From Caldisericia bacterium (GTDB taxonomy: Bacteria > Caldisericota > Caldisericia > JAAYUI01), in the NCBI GenBank assembly GCA_963674785.1, contig OY771555.1, positions 1,152,001 through 1,216,000 on the forward strand: DNA of 64,000 nucleotides, in the 5' to 3' direction. How positions within the stretch are numbered: the stretch's first letter is position 1; each line of letters starts with the position of its first letter. Below are positions 10,989 through 20,620 of this stretch, piece after piece. A program made the translations under genes and the position numbers. The notes under the pieces were generated by a model, which had not been told where the DNA came from, ran no database searches, and saw only the letters and a program-made list of their open reading frames with translations.

Positions 10989-12272
10989 GTGAAAAGAGTG
11001 TCGTCGTTTTTTCTTGTTCTAGTAATGGTTTGTTTTGTCTTTAGTCCGTTCCCAATTGATGCGCATGATGGATATCTTCATGCAAAAGGGGAGATGATAA
11101 CAGTTTATGAATCCAATACTTCATGGGCTTTGAACCCAAGGATGAGTGGAGACAAGCTCTTTTTTATGGTGAGGATGAATAACAATGTAAGTAACAAAAA
11201 TCAGCAGTGTGTTGTTTATGACGCTGAAAACATGAGTTACACAATTATCCATAATACAGTTCCGAACACATCTATTAAAGGTGGTTATTCATGGAAAGCA
11301 TGTGCTCATGGTGATTATATGTTTTGGCAGTTATGGGAAACAGATCCTGAAACTGAGGAGCGGATTGTTCATGGAAACCTCACAAACCTAGAAACACTTG
11401 AAAATACCAGATTTGAAATTGCCGATCTTGATCCTAGAGTTGGGATAAATGATGACGGGCTTTATATTTTTGAGAGGAACGATGAGAGGAATTTCTCAAC
11501 TCTTTACAAATACTCTTTGGAAAATCCAAATTCGATGAAGAAAAAAATCTCAGCTCTGATAGATTATTCTAATCAAGATACTCCTCAGACATCAGGCAAC
11601 AGAGTTGCGTTTTCAAAAACAAATTCTGATAAATCAGTAGATATTTTTATCTACGACTCAAAAACTGAAAAGATAATTCAGGTAACGAATGAAGATAGAA
11701 AAACATATTCTGAACAATATTCACTTCAGGGAGACTATCTTTATTACTATAGTGGAGAAACTGAAATTACATGTTTCGAGATTAAGACAGGTAATTATAA
11801 AGTGGCATATTCATTCGAAAAGAAATCGAAACGTGATGAAGTCAGAATGCGTGCAAATCCTGGTTCAAACTATCTTTTATTGGATATTTCTGAGGGAACA
11901 GATGACCCGTTTGAAAACGCAAAATTTAAAAACTACCTCAGGCTTTACGACCCCAGGGATGAGTCAATATCAGGAATTCATATCTCAAATACATACGAAC
12001 CAATGGGTGTTTTTGGTGTAACGATGCCTTCCTGCAGGTTTTCGGATGGTTCAAAAGTAGTGTTTCAAAAACCTAATGATGAAAACTATTTCTATATATT
12101 TGATGGGGAAACTGGTCAAATTTCACGAATTGAAATAGGTTTAGAACTAAACTGGCATGTAGACGACTATTATCTTTATGGTAAAACTATCGTCTGGACA
12201 CAGAGATGCCACTATAAGAGAGCGGATGGAAGCAGCCCAAGGCAGCTCAAAGTGTTCAGGCTTGAGGAATGA
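10989..12272 (+). CDS. Secreted hypothetical protein, probable TolB-like beta-propeller (paralogue 1)
   Basis: GTG at 10989 follows GGAGGAG (track start 10968 in same frame); signal peptide; P.xSG..lxF and DIFIYD...QVT blade motifs. Confidence 0.7.
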   Translation: MKRVSSFFLVLVMVCFVFSPFPIDAHDGYLHAKGEMITVYESNTSWALNPRMSGDKLFFMVRMNNNVSNKNQQCVVYDAENMSYTIIHNTVPNTSIKGGYSWKACAHGDYMFWQLWETDPETEERIVHGNLTNLETLENTRFEIADLDPRVGINDDGLYIFERNDERNFSTLYKYSLENPNSMKKKISALIDYSNQDTPQTSGNRVAFSKTNSDKSVDIFIYDSKTEKIIQVTNEDRKTYSEQYSLQGDYLYYYSGETEITCFEIKTGNYKVAYSFEKKSKRDEVRMRANPGSNYLLLDISEGTDDPFENAKFKNYLRLYDPRDESISGIHISNTYEPMGVFGVTMPSCRFSDGSKVVFQKPNDENYFYIFDGETGQISRIEIGLELNWHVDDYYLYGKTIVWTQRCHYKRADGSSPRQLKVFRLEE

Positions 12273-12348
12273 TGGACGCTACAGTAAATGCCAGAGGTTC
12301 TGACGTTATATTTGCTGATAGAAAGGGTGAATTGGGGAGGAATAGGGT

Positions 12349-13620
12349 GTGAGAAATTTATCAATAGGTTTCATCGTTTTAGTTTTGGTTGTGTGTTTTG
12401 CTCTAAACCCATTCCCGATCGATGCTCAAAATGAGTATCCACATGCAAAAGGGGAGATGAGAACAATTTATGATTGTGAACACTCATGGGCTTTAAATCC
12501 AAGAATCAGTGGAGATAAGTTGTTTTTCATGACAAAAATGAATAATAATTTTGATCCAAGGATTTCAAATTGTTTCATATACGATATGGAAAACGAGGAA
12601 TATTCAATAATTCACAGCACTGAACCTGATACTTCTATTGCAGGAGGATATTCCTGGAAAGCATGTATAAATGAAGATTATGTTTTTTGGCAACTTTGGC
12701 ATCGAAACCCTGAAACAGACGAACGGACTGTTTATGGGAATCTGACTAATCTAGAAACGATGGAAAATGAAAGGTTTGAATTTCCCACGCTTGATCCTCG
12801 AATTGGTATTGGAAGCGACGGATTATATGTTTTCGACAGGAGCATTGAAAATGCTTATATAACACTCTTTGAATATGATTTAAGAAAACCCGGAGAAGAG
12901 AAGAAACGGATAGATAACGGGATCAACCACTTAAGTGCACAAACACCTGTGGCATCAGGAAGCAGAATTGCCTTTATTCGAGATGGCGAGGTTTATATTT
13001 ATGATTCTGAATCAGAAGAAACAATTCAAGTGACTGATGAGGATAATAGAAGTTACTTTTTTAAATATTCTTTGCAGGGAGATTATTTTTTCTATTTCTC
13101 AAGCGAGACAGAAGTATCGTGTTTTGATGTTATAACCAGAGAAAGAAAGGTTGTTTTTACTCATAAAAGAGAAAATGTAAGGGATGTTGTCAGACTGATT
13201 GTAAACCCAAACAGTGATTATTTGTTGTTGGATGTCACAAAAGCGAAGTCAGATATATGTGCTGATGGCAATTTCGAAAACTACTTGTTTCTCTATGATC
13301 CAATCAGGGACAAATCGAAGAAAATATTTGTCTCGGATACATATGAACTGATGGGGATTTATGGTTTGACTTCCACAAATAGAAGGTTGAGTGATGGAAA
13401 GAAGGTTGTCTATAAAAAACCTGGTGAGTATGGATGTATTTATGTTTATGATGGAGACAAAGATTCAATCTCACGAATTGATATAGATAGGAAATATAGA
13501 TGGCATATCGATGACTATAATATCTACGGAAATACAATTGTCTGGGCAGAACGTTTTCACGGGAAAAGACCTGATGGAAGCTACCCTCAAAGATTGAAGA
13601 TTTTTAGATTATCAGACTAA
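12349..13620 (+). CDS. Secreted hypothetical protein, probable TolB-like beta-propeller (paralogue 2)
   Basis: GGGGAGG RBS, GTG start; shares blocks SWALNPR, GGYSWKAC, YSLQGDY, WHxDDY with previous gene. Confidence 0.72.
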   Translation: MRNLSIGFIVLVLVVCFALNPFPIDAQNEYPHAKGEMRTIYDCEHSWALNPRISGDKLFFMTKMNNNFDPRISNCFIYDMENEEYSIIHSTEPDTSIAGGYSWKACINEDYVFWQLWHRNPETDERTVYGNLTNLETMENERFEFPTLDPRIGIGSDGLYVFDRSIENAYITLFEYDLRKPGEEKKRIDNGINHLSAQTPVASGSRIAFIRDGEVYIYDSESEETIQVTDEDNRSYFFKYSLQGDYFFYFSSETEVSCFDVITRERKVVFTHKRENVRDVVRLIVNPNSDYLLLDVTKAKSDICADGNFENYLFLYDPIRDKSKKIFVSDTYELMGIYGLTSTNRRLSDGKKVVYKKPGEYGCIYVYDGDKDSISRIDIDRKYRWHIDDYNIYGNTIVWAERFHGKRPDGSYPQRLKIFRLSD

Positions 13621-13623
13621 GCT

Positions 13624-13950
13624 TTAGTTCTTTACAGAATAAGAAGTATTACAAGGATAACGTTCCTGACGTCTTTTTCTGCTTGTTTCGATGGTCGAAG
13701 CTTTGGCGGGTTTTGCAAGACCTTTGCCACATATATAAACAGATCCAGTGTTTCCATATTTTTTGTTTGTAAGGTGGTCACATTCAGCGCAAAGAGTTAA
13801 ACTTACCTTATCAACATTAAATATGGATGACATTGTTGAGCTGTCTTTAATTTTCACCCTCCCTGTGAGTGAACCTATAATAACACTTGCAACAATGATT
13901 ATTATTACTGCTCCGCTTATGATTATTAACCATGTTGTGCTTGATAACAT
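13624..13950 (-). CDS. Small membrane-anchored protein with CxxCxH...C...C motif
   Basis: N-terminal TM helix; CAECDH...YIC...PC; TTGAAA-17-CATAAT promoter ending 6 nt before ATG. Confidence 0.6.
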   Translation of the reverse strand: MLSSTTWLIIISGAVIIIIVASVIIGSLTGRVKIKDSSTMSSIFNVDKVSLTLCAECDHLTNKKYGNTGSVYICGKGLAKPAKASTIETSRKRRQERYPCNTSYSVKN

Positions 13951-14055
13951 ATCATTATTATGAGTTAACTTATCTTCTTTTTCAACCTGCTTGATGTGGC
14001 ACTTTTTTTATTTTATAATGGACATCTGACATTTAAGAAATGGAAAGAGGTGTAT

Positions 14056-14724
14056 ATGAGTGGTAAACCGATAAGGAGTACACTCTCCAAGTGGATTTTT
14101 CTCCCATTTTTAATTATTTTAGTCGCTATGATGTTGTTTGGTATCTATGGCAAAAAACTTGTTGTTGCACCCGAACAGACGCAGGGAAAATACTCTGCAA
14201 CCGGTCAAATTTCAAATCTGGATACCGCTAATAAAACATTTACTCTCACGATCCCTGAAGATGCTGAAATTTCAGAAGGTGAACCCCTTGTTTGGGAAGT
14301 AGATTTTGAAAAAGCAAAAGAATTCCATGTGATTGTTGAAGAAGGGGTTGAAGCTCCTACCAAGGTCACTGACAGACATGAAATTGATGGTCTCGAATTC
14401 GAGCATGACAAAGTTATTCTCGAAGATGGAACATCAATGATGGAAGATGGAATGACAATGACCGTTGCCGGAAGCAAAAAGGCAAAAAAAGGAACAATGT
14501 CTGCATCAGTCCTTCATCTTGGTGGAATCTTTAACGAGCCAGAATATCACCAAAGACATGAACCAAGAGAGATTTACAAGACTGCAGTTATTTTATGTAT
14601 TGCCTGTGTTGGTCTTGGTGAATCAAACTTCTTCTGGTTTTATCTGATTCTTGGATCAATCGTTCTTGTTTTATTGCTGTGGTTAATGATGAGAATCATT
14701 CAGAAGAGAGGAGCATCAGCATGA
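14056..14724 (+). CDS. Membrane protein with extracytoplasmic beta domain and CD1871A-like CxxC motif
   Basis: ATG 14056 after AAAGAGGTG; TM, acidic beta-rich domain, EIYKTAVILCIACVGLG, second TM; ATGA overlap with next gene. Confidence 0.65.
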   Translation: MSGKPIRSTLSKWIFLPFLIILVAMMLFGIYGKKLVVAPEQTQGKYSATGQISNLDTANKTFTLTIPEDAEISEGEPLVWEVDFEKAKEFHVIVEEGVEAPTKVTDRHEIDGLEFEHDKVILEDGTSMMEDGMTMTVAGSKKAKKGTMSASVLHLGGIFNEPEYHQRHEPREIYKTAVILCIACVGLGESNFFWFYLILGSIVLVLLLWLMMRIIQKRGASA

Positions 14725-16022
14725 CAGAAGAAGTAGCAAAAAAAGCACCAAAAAAGAAACGCAAACTTCCACCAGGTGAATTCAGAATCCAGGTAAGAAT
14801 CTGGGTTCAGTGGGCATTCTTTGCTCTTGCAACCGGTCCTCTTTTTATTATTGCTCCAGTTTTGAAACAGATTCCAGCCCCATGGTATATCTGCTGGTCT
14901 GACCCTCTTGCATCTGGTGCATGTTCCCTTGGAACAATTCAGCATTTCACAGGACATGGAGTTTTCACATGGTTTACCATTGGGTTCCTTGGAACAATCG
15001 GTATTTTAATCGGTCGCGCAACCTGTGGATGGGTCTGCCCGATGGGCTTTATGCAGGAAATGCTCTTTAAAGCAAAAAAATACGGTTCATATGTATTTGG
15101 TGGAATCATTTTTGTGACAACATGGTTCCTCGCCTGGTTTACACCATTCCTTGCGGTATATGGTGCAGGAAGAGTTGCAACTGAAAACACATATGGTCTT
15201 GGTATGATGCTTAAAACTGGCAATATGTCAGCCTTTATCATGTGGACAGTTATTTATCTTGTACTGTCTCTTATCCTCTCCCTTCCATTCTTTCTCTTCC
15301 ATAAAAAATTCACACTGCCAAACTCACTTGCCACATATCTCAGATGGTTCTTCTTCCTTGTACCATTTATTGGATTTGTAATTCTTACAAGATATAACTT
15401 CAATACTGGAACATGGGGAATTGGTGAGGTCTGGTGGTGTAAAATCTGTCCAATTGGCACAATCACCGCCGGATTCCCACAGATGTGGTTGCAGCTGATT
15501 CCAGAAACCGCATTCCCACTCTTTGGTCTTTCGTCAACTGCGTTTATCGGAGTTTCTTCTTATCAGGGAATCTTTGGTGAAGCTCAGCTTATGTATTTCT
15601 TCAAATGGGTTATGACATCTGGACTCATGTGGGTCATGATCAATTCAAAGAGATTCTTCTGTAAGGGTGTTTGCCCACTTGGAACAATCTTCAATGTTTT
15701 CAACTGGTTCTCAGCCAACCAGATTTCAGTTGACCAGGAGAATTGCCGCGGTGCATCTTGTAACTGGTGTTTGAATCATTGTCCGATGGATATTGCCATT
15801 TACGATCCAACGGCACAGTGGCATTGTATCAGATGTCTCGATTGCCTTGGATGTCCATTCGGTGTCGTTAAACATGAAGTTTCACCAATTATGAGTTGGC
15901 TTGTGAAACAACCACCCGAAAAGAAGATTCCACCTCTTAAAACTCCAAACCCACCAAACAATCCAACGTTCATGCAGTGGGCAGGATTTGTTGATTATAT
16001 CCCACCACAGGCAAGAAAATAG
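14721..16022 (+). CDS. Polytopic membrane 4Fe-4S binding protein (NapH/MauN/CcoG-like polyferredoxin)
   Basis: ATG 14721 after GAGGAG; CGWVCPMG, CKICPIG, CKGVCPLG, CxxxxCxxCxxxCP, CIRCLDCLGCP. Confidence 0.85.
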   Translation: MTEEVAKKAPKKKRKLPPGEFRIQVRIWVQWAFFALATGPLFIIAPVLKQIPAPWYICWSDPLASGACSLGTIQHFTGHGVFTWFTIGFLGTIGILIGRATCGWVCPMGFMQEMLFKAKKYGSYVFGGIIFVTTWFLAWFTPFLAVYGAGRVATENTYGLGMMLKTGNMSAFIMWTVIYLVLSLILSLPFFLFHKKFTLPNSLATYLRWFFFLVPFIGFVILTRYNFNTGTWGIGEVWWCKICPIGTITAGFPQMWLQLIPETAFPLFGLSSTAFIGVSSYQGIFGEAQLMYFFKWVMTSGLMWVMINSKRFFCKGVCPLGTIFNVFNWFSANQISVDQENCRGASCNWCLNHCPMDIAIYDPTAQWHCIRCLDCLGCPFGVVKHEVSPIMSWLVKQPPEKKIPPLKTPNPPNNPTFMQWAGFVDYIPPQARK

Positions 16023-16043
16023 TTCGAGTTTTTCTATCATTTC

Positions 16044-16078
16044 AAGGGTAGACCTTTTTTGGTCTACCCTTTTTTTTA
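16044..16078 (+). terminator. Intrinsic terminator
   Basis: AAGGGTAGACC-TTTTTT-GGTCTACCCTTTTTTTT. Confidence 0.88.
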
Positions 16079-16110
16079 TTTTTTGCTAAAATTCCTATTC
16101 GGAGGAACAT

Positions 16111-17100
16111 ATGAAAAAAGGAACAATTCTTGTTCTTGCACTCTTTATGTTGATTTCTTTTGTATCTTGCGGAGAAAGTCCTGAGCTTGAAGAGTCGAGA
16201 TGTGGGAGACCAACAGATTTTGAGCTGAGTCTGGTCAAACCTTATATTCCACAAGGGTTTGAGTTACAAAACAGCAGACGAGTTGATCTTTCTAACCCAT
16301 ATATCTTTGTTTCATATTCAAACTCAGAAACTAGAAATATCGGAATTTCGGTTTTTGTCCTTCAGGGGAATCATATAAAGAAGTATTATCAGATGCCTCC
16401 AATCTTTGGGGAGGAGATTTATTTCGGGCTTTCAAGGGAAGAGGACTATTGGGGCAATGATGAAATAATTTACGGCTCATACGTTTGTCCTGTTGAGTTT
16501 TCTCTTGGTGGCAATATGTGGTCTAATAATTTTGTAAAAATACTCACAGTAAACGATTTAGAGCTCAAGGAAATAAACATTAGTCTTGAGCCATGGACGA
16601 TCATCATGGATATTATCGATGAAAAAGGTGAGAAGATAATAAGAGTACTAGATACAAGACTCGAATACTTCTCGGATATGATTCATGCTGCAGCACCCTC
16701 GAGGGTTTATTTTTATGCGCTCAGAGGTGATGAGTTTGTCGATGTAACCAGGGAACATATTGATTATGTTCGTGAAAGGGTACACAGCTCAATAATTCAA
16801 TACAAACAAAACAAGGGTGATGATAAAGCCCATTATCGAATCGGTTATGGGATTGAGGCGTATCTTTATGCGGAGGCTGGTGGAATCACAGATGAGTATA
16901 TCGGAGATATCCTGGATATGCTTGACCCCGTGGCTTTTGATGGGGATGATGCATCTCTTGCTGCTGAAGCCAGGAATCTTGTAAATATGGCATATGAACA
17001 GAAAAAGCCCATCATAAATCTTAGGGGTTTTAATGTGGATTTTGATGATGACAATAGATGGGGAGTTTTGAAATTCAATGAGTTTGAGGTAGCAAAATGA
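16111..17100 (+). CDS. Lipoprotein of unknown function
   Basis: GGAGG RBS; lipobox FVSC. Confidence 0.75.
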   Translation: MKKGTILVLALFMLISFVSCGESPELEESRCGRPTDFELSLVKPYIPQGFELQNSRRVDLSNPYIFVSYSNSETRNIGISVFVLQGNHIKKYYQMPPIFGEEIYFGLSREEDYWGNDEIIYGSYVCPVEFSLGGNMWSNNFVKILTVNDLELKEINISLEPWTIIMDIIDEKGEKIIRVLDTRLEYFSDMIHAAAPSRVYFYALRGDEFVDVTREHIDYVRERVHSSIIQYKQNKGDDKAHYRIGYGIEAYLYAEAGGITDEYIGDILDMLDPVAFDGDDASLAAEARNLVNMAYEQKKPIINLRGFNVDFDDDNRWGVLKFNEFEVAK

Positions 17101-18038
17101 AATCAAAAATTATTATATGTTTCTTGGCATTATTAATGCTTGTTTCTTGTGGAACTCCAGTAGCCGATGAACCTGAAAACATAGTTGATGAGAATATAGC
17201 GAGTAAACATGAGTATACTCCTGAAGATTTTGCTGAATTCCTTCCTGAGGGATACAGTGTTTATGATTGGAAAGATGCCGGTAATGGTTTGGTTTTCGCG
17301 GTTGCCAAAGAATCAGAAACCTCAAAAAGGCAGATTATTTTGTTGAGAAAAGGTGCTTTGGTTAAGGTCTCAGAGCCATTTCCTGCAGCAGCGGTTGAAT
17401 TTGGCTCAGGAAAAAGCTGGGGTGTGAAGCTGGATGAAAGTACGCTTGGCTATGCAGTTGCTTTTGACCTTGGTACAGGTGACATCCCCGGATATTTCGT
17501 AAAAGTGTTTTCTGACAAAACATATGAAGAGATTCCGTGCGACCTTGGGCCGGGATATGTTGCAAGGGATTTTTATGATCTCGATGGAACAGGGTTTGCA
17601 AATCTTTTGATGATAAACATAAAATGGGCGGATGTTTCAAGTGAAATCATCGCTGGTCAACCCTTTACACAAGCTGTCTGTAGATATGAAAATGGAAGAT
17701 TCGTCGATGATACACCGAATCATCCAAATCAGATGGAACCTGGTCTAGACCAGTTTAAGGCTGGCATTCAAGGTACTGATAATGAAGCTGATGCACTTTA
17801 TTATGCGATATGCCTTATGATAACCATGGATGCAATGGGAAACAGAGATGAAGCGGTTGAAGGTTTCTCGACTGTTCCACAGCGTATTTTAGACAAAGAT
17901 CGAAGAGCGGTTGCTCAAAAAATTGCTGACCATGTTTCAAACCTCAAATCGTATGAAATGATGAATCCGCCCTGGTTTAACCCAGTTCTTGAGCCAGCCT
18001 GGGAACTGCTTAAATTTAACACCATCCAGGTTAAGTGA
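17097..18038 (+). CDS. Lipoprotein of unknown function, distant paralogue of previous gene
   Basis: Lipobox LVSC; ATGA overlap; shared FVD and WxxLKFN motifs. Confidence 0.75.
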   Translation: MKSKIIICFLALLMLVSCGTPVADEPENIVDENIASKHEYTPEDFAEFLPEGYSVYDWKDAGNGLVFAVAKESETSKRQIILLRKGALVKVSEPFPAAAVEFGSGKSWGVKLDESTLGYAVAFDLGTGDIPGYFVKVFSDKTYEEIPCDLGPGYVARDFYDLDGTGFANLLMINIKWADVSSEIIAGQPFTQAVCRYENGRFVDDTPNHPNQMEPGLDQFKAGIQGTDNEADALYYAICLMITMDAMGNRDEAVEGFSTVPQRILDKDRRAVAQKIADHVSNLKSYEMMNPPWFNPVLEPAWELLKFNTIQVK

Positions 18039-18092
18039 TAACCTAAAGATTCCTTGACTTAAACGAGTATTTAGATATAAATATAACTTCGT

Positions 18093-18168
18093 TGGCGAAT
18101 GGTGGAATTGGTAACACGTCTGACTCTGGATCAGAAGACTCTAGGTTCGAGTCCTAGTTCGCCAGCCA
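18093..18168 (+). tRNA. tRNA-Gln (anticodon CTG)
   Basis: Acceptor TGGCGAA/TTCGCCA, anticodon arm TCTGA-CTCTGGA-TCAGA, GGTTCGAGTCC, encoded CCA. Confidence 0.97.
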
Positions 18169-18191
18169 GTTTCTAGTTTCCTTTTTTGGTG

Positions 18192-18266
18192 GGCGCTATA
18201 GTATAATGGTTAGTACATGGGGCTCTCAATCCCAAGATAGGAGTTCAATTCTCCTTAGCGCTACCA
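18192..18266 (+). tRNA. tRNA-Glu (anticodon CTC)
   Basis: Acceptor GGCGCTA/TAGCGCT, anticodon arm TGGGG-CTCTCAA-TCCCA, T arm AGGAG-TTCAATT-CTCCT, encoded CCA. Confidence 0.93.
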
Positions 18267-18328
18267 GTCTTCCTTATTAAATTCTTGATATTTTTTAGTA
18301 TGTCGATTACAATCCTCCCCAAGGGGGA

Positions 18329-20620
18329 GTGATGCTTAGCAGAATCAATTGCATTGAGAACGTGGGTATTTTTAAGGATTATAATCCAGATGATCCTCCG
18401 CAGTTTAAAAAACTCACTTTGATCTATGGGGAAAATGGAAGTGGGAAGTCTACTCTCTCAGAGATTTTGTACTCGCTTAATACTAATAATCCTGATATTA
18501 TTACATCAAAGAAAACTCTTGGAAAAGGTGAGGACTGTACTCAATCAATTCTGTTGAAAATCAATGGTAGCAATTATGAGTTTTCAAATTGTGAATGGAA
18601 TAATAAATTTGGGAATATTGAGATATTCGATTCCAGGTTTATTGAGAGAAATGTTTACTCGGGATTTGATATAACTTCTGATCAAAGGAAAAATTTTGGA
18701 AAAGTTCTTTTGGGGGAAGATGCAATTATACATCAAAAAAGACTGGATAAACTTGGAGAAGAAAAGAAAGAGAATACGGATCGCCTAAATCATTTAGAAA
18801 ATGAGCTTGGAGAATCATTAATCCAGGAAAACATCTTATCCTCCGATATTGATTTAGAAATTGATAATAAGATTTCATCAATCTCTACCCAGATTAATGA
18901 AGCAGAACAATCTGAGAGTATATCATCAAAAACCGAATTTCTAATGTTATCATTAATTGATGTAAGTACCATAGAAAAACTATCTATTCTAAAAAAATCT
19001 ATTGATGATATTGAAGAAGCCGCAGTTGAGAAGGTAGAAACGCATATCAAAGAAAGACTGGGGACAGAAGGAGAAAGCTGGCTAAAAAAGGGAACCTCAT
19101 TTTTGAGAAATAATGATATTTGCCCATTTTGTGCGCAAAAGCTTTCCCAAGACAGTATCAAATTGATCAAGGCATACAGTGCCTTTTTTAGTGAATCATA
19201 CATTGGGTTCCAGGAAGTAATAACAGAGAGTAAAAACCTCGTATTGAGCACATTTGAAAAAGCAAAATTGAATACTGTTAGTGTTATTGAGAAAAACAAA
19301 GGATTGCTAGAGTTTTGGGAACAGTATGTTGACACTGAAAAACTGAAGAATTCAAATTGTTCAGAGCTAATGGTGGAGTTATTTGATAGGCTGATCAAGA
19401 ATTGTGAATTATTGTTTGAAAATAAAGAGAAGAAACCTCTTCAAGAGATCAAAAAAGATATTATTGAGAGTATTATTCAATCAGTTTCAAAAAGAATTGA
19501 AGCTGAAAATACTCTAATTGAAGAAATCAATCAGAAGATATATTCAAAAAAAAGAAGAATATCAAACTATGATATCGAAGTATTAAAAAAAGCAAAGAGA
19601 ATTTTTGAGCTTAAAAAGCTTAGACATTTTGCAAAAAAGAAAGAATGCAATGATTATATCAAGAATAATGGTGAATCTAAAAGAATTGCTGAAGAGATAA
19701 AAAGAGAAAAAAATGATTTAAAAATAAAATCAGAAGAAATCTTGAATAACTATTGCGAGGGAGTAAATGAGTACTTACGATCATTTGGGGCTGGATTCGA
19801 AATATCAGATGTGAAGGGAGACACTGCAACAAAGGAGGTTAGTGTCGATTATTCTATCTGTATAAATGATGTTCAAGTTTCTGTTAAAAGTAAGAAGAAA
19901 GACTGCCCACATTTTGGAAATATTTTGAGCGATGGAGACAAAAGATCGCTTGCTTTGGCTTTTTTCTTTGCTAGGCTCGACAAGATAGATGATCTAGATA
20001 AAAAAATTATTGTTTTTGACGATCCATTTTCTAGTTTAGATAAAAATAGAGAAAGATACACTGTAGATCATATTGTCAATAAATTGAAATTATGCAAACA
20101 GGGAATTGTAATGTCTCATAATCTTTTGTTCCTTAGATTTATATTACAACGAAGAGATATAAATCTTAACACGACTTCTGTTTCTGTATGTGAGGGTGAG
20201 TGTTATGAGTTTGATATTTACAAGAATTTGCTTTCTAGTCTTATAAGTGAAAAAATATTGAGACTCAGAGAGTGTATTAACAACCCAAGATTCGATATTG
20301 TGATCTTAAAAGATGCAATTGCGAATCTAAGAGATATCCTAGAGTGGCATTTTAAAGCTACATATCCTAGATTAATAAAAGATGATGCGACTCTTGGGGA
20401 TATATCAACAAAATTAGCTGAGGTTCAAAATGGCAATGATTTACACTCCCCGCTTTATATTGAATGCAGTAATATTGAAGATATTCGAATAATCAATAGA
20501 TATTCGAACACAAGAGGAAAGCATGTTAATGGACTGGAGTCGTATGACCCACTTCCAAGCAAGCAAGAATTTACGACAATTGCTTCGAGGGTGTTAGAGG
20601 TCTACTTTCCTACTCTATGA
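18329..20620 (+). CDS. RloC-like AAA_13 ABC/SMC-type ATPase with zinc hook and probable C-terminal HEPN nuclease
   Basis: Walker A GENGSGKS, central CPFC in coiled coil, signature LSDGDKRSLALAFF, Walker B VFDDPFSSLD, SHN; C-terminal NLRDILE...RYSNTRGKH. Confidence 0.8.
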   Translation: MMLSRINCIENVGIFKDYNPDDPPQFKKLTLIYGENGSGKSTLSEILYSLNTNNPDIITSKKTLGKGEDCTQSILLKINGSNYEFSNCEWNNKFGNIEIFDSRFIERNVYSGFDITSDQRKNFGKVLLGEDAIIHQKRLDKLGEEKKENTDRLNHLENELGESLIQENILSSDIDLEIDNKISSISTQINEAEQSESISSKTEFLMLSLIDVSTIEKLSILKKSIDDIEEAAVEKVETHIKERLGTEGESWLKKGTSFLRNNDICPFCAQKLSQDSIKLIKAYSAFFSESYIGFQEVITESKNLVLSTFEKAKLNTVSVIEKNKGLLEFWEQYVDTEKLKNSNCSELMVELFDRLIKNCELLFENKEKKPLQEIKKDIIESIIQSVSKRIEAENTLIEEINQKIYSKKRRISNYDIEVLKKAKRIFELKKLRHFAKKKECNDYIKNNGESKRIAEEIKREKNDLKIKSEEILNNYCEGVNEYLRSFGAGFEISDVKGDTATKEVSVDYSICINDVQVSVKSKKKDCPHFGNILSDGDKRSLALAFFFARLDKIDDLDKKIIVFDDPFSSLDKNRERYTVDHIVNKLKLCKQGIVMSHNLLFLRFILQRRDINLNTTSVSVCEGECYEFDIYKNLLSSLISEKILRLRECINNPRFDIVILKDAIANLRDILEWHFKATYPRLIKDDATLGDISTKLAEVQNGNDLHSPLYIECSNIEDIRIINRYSNTRGKHVNGLESYDPLPSKQEFTTIASRVLEVYFPTL

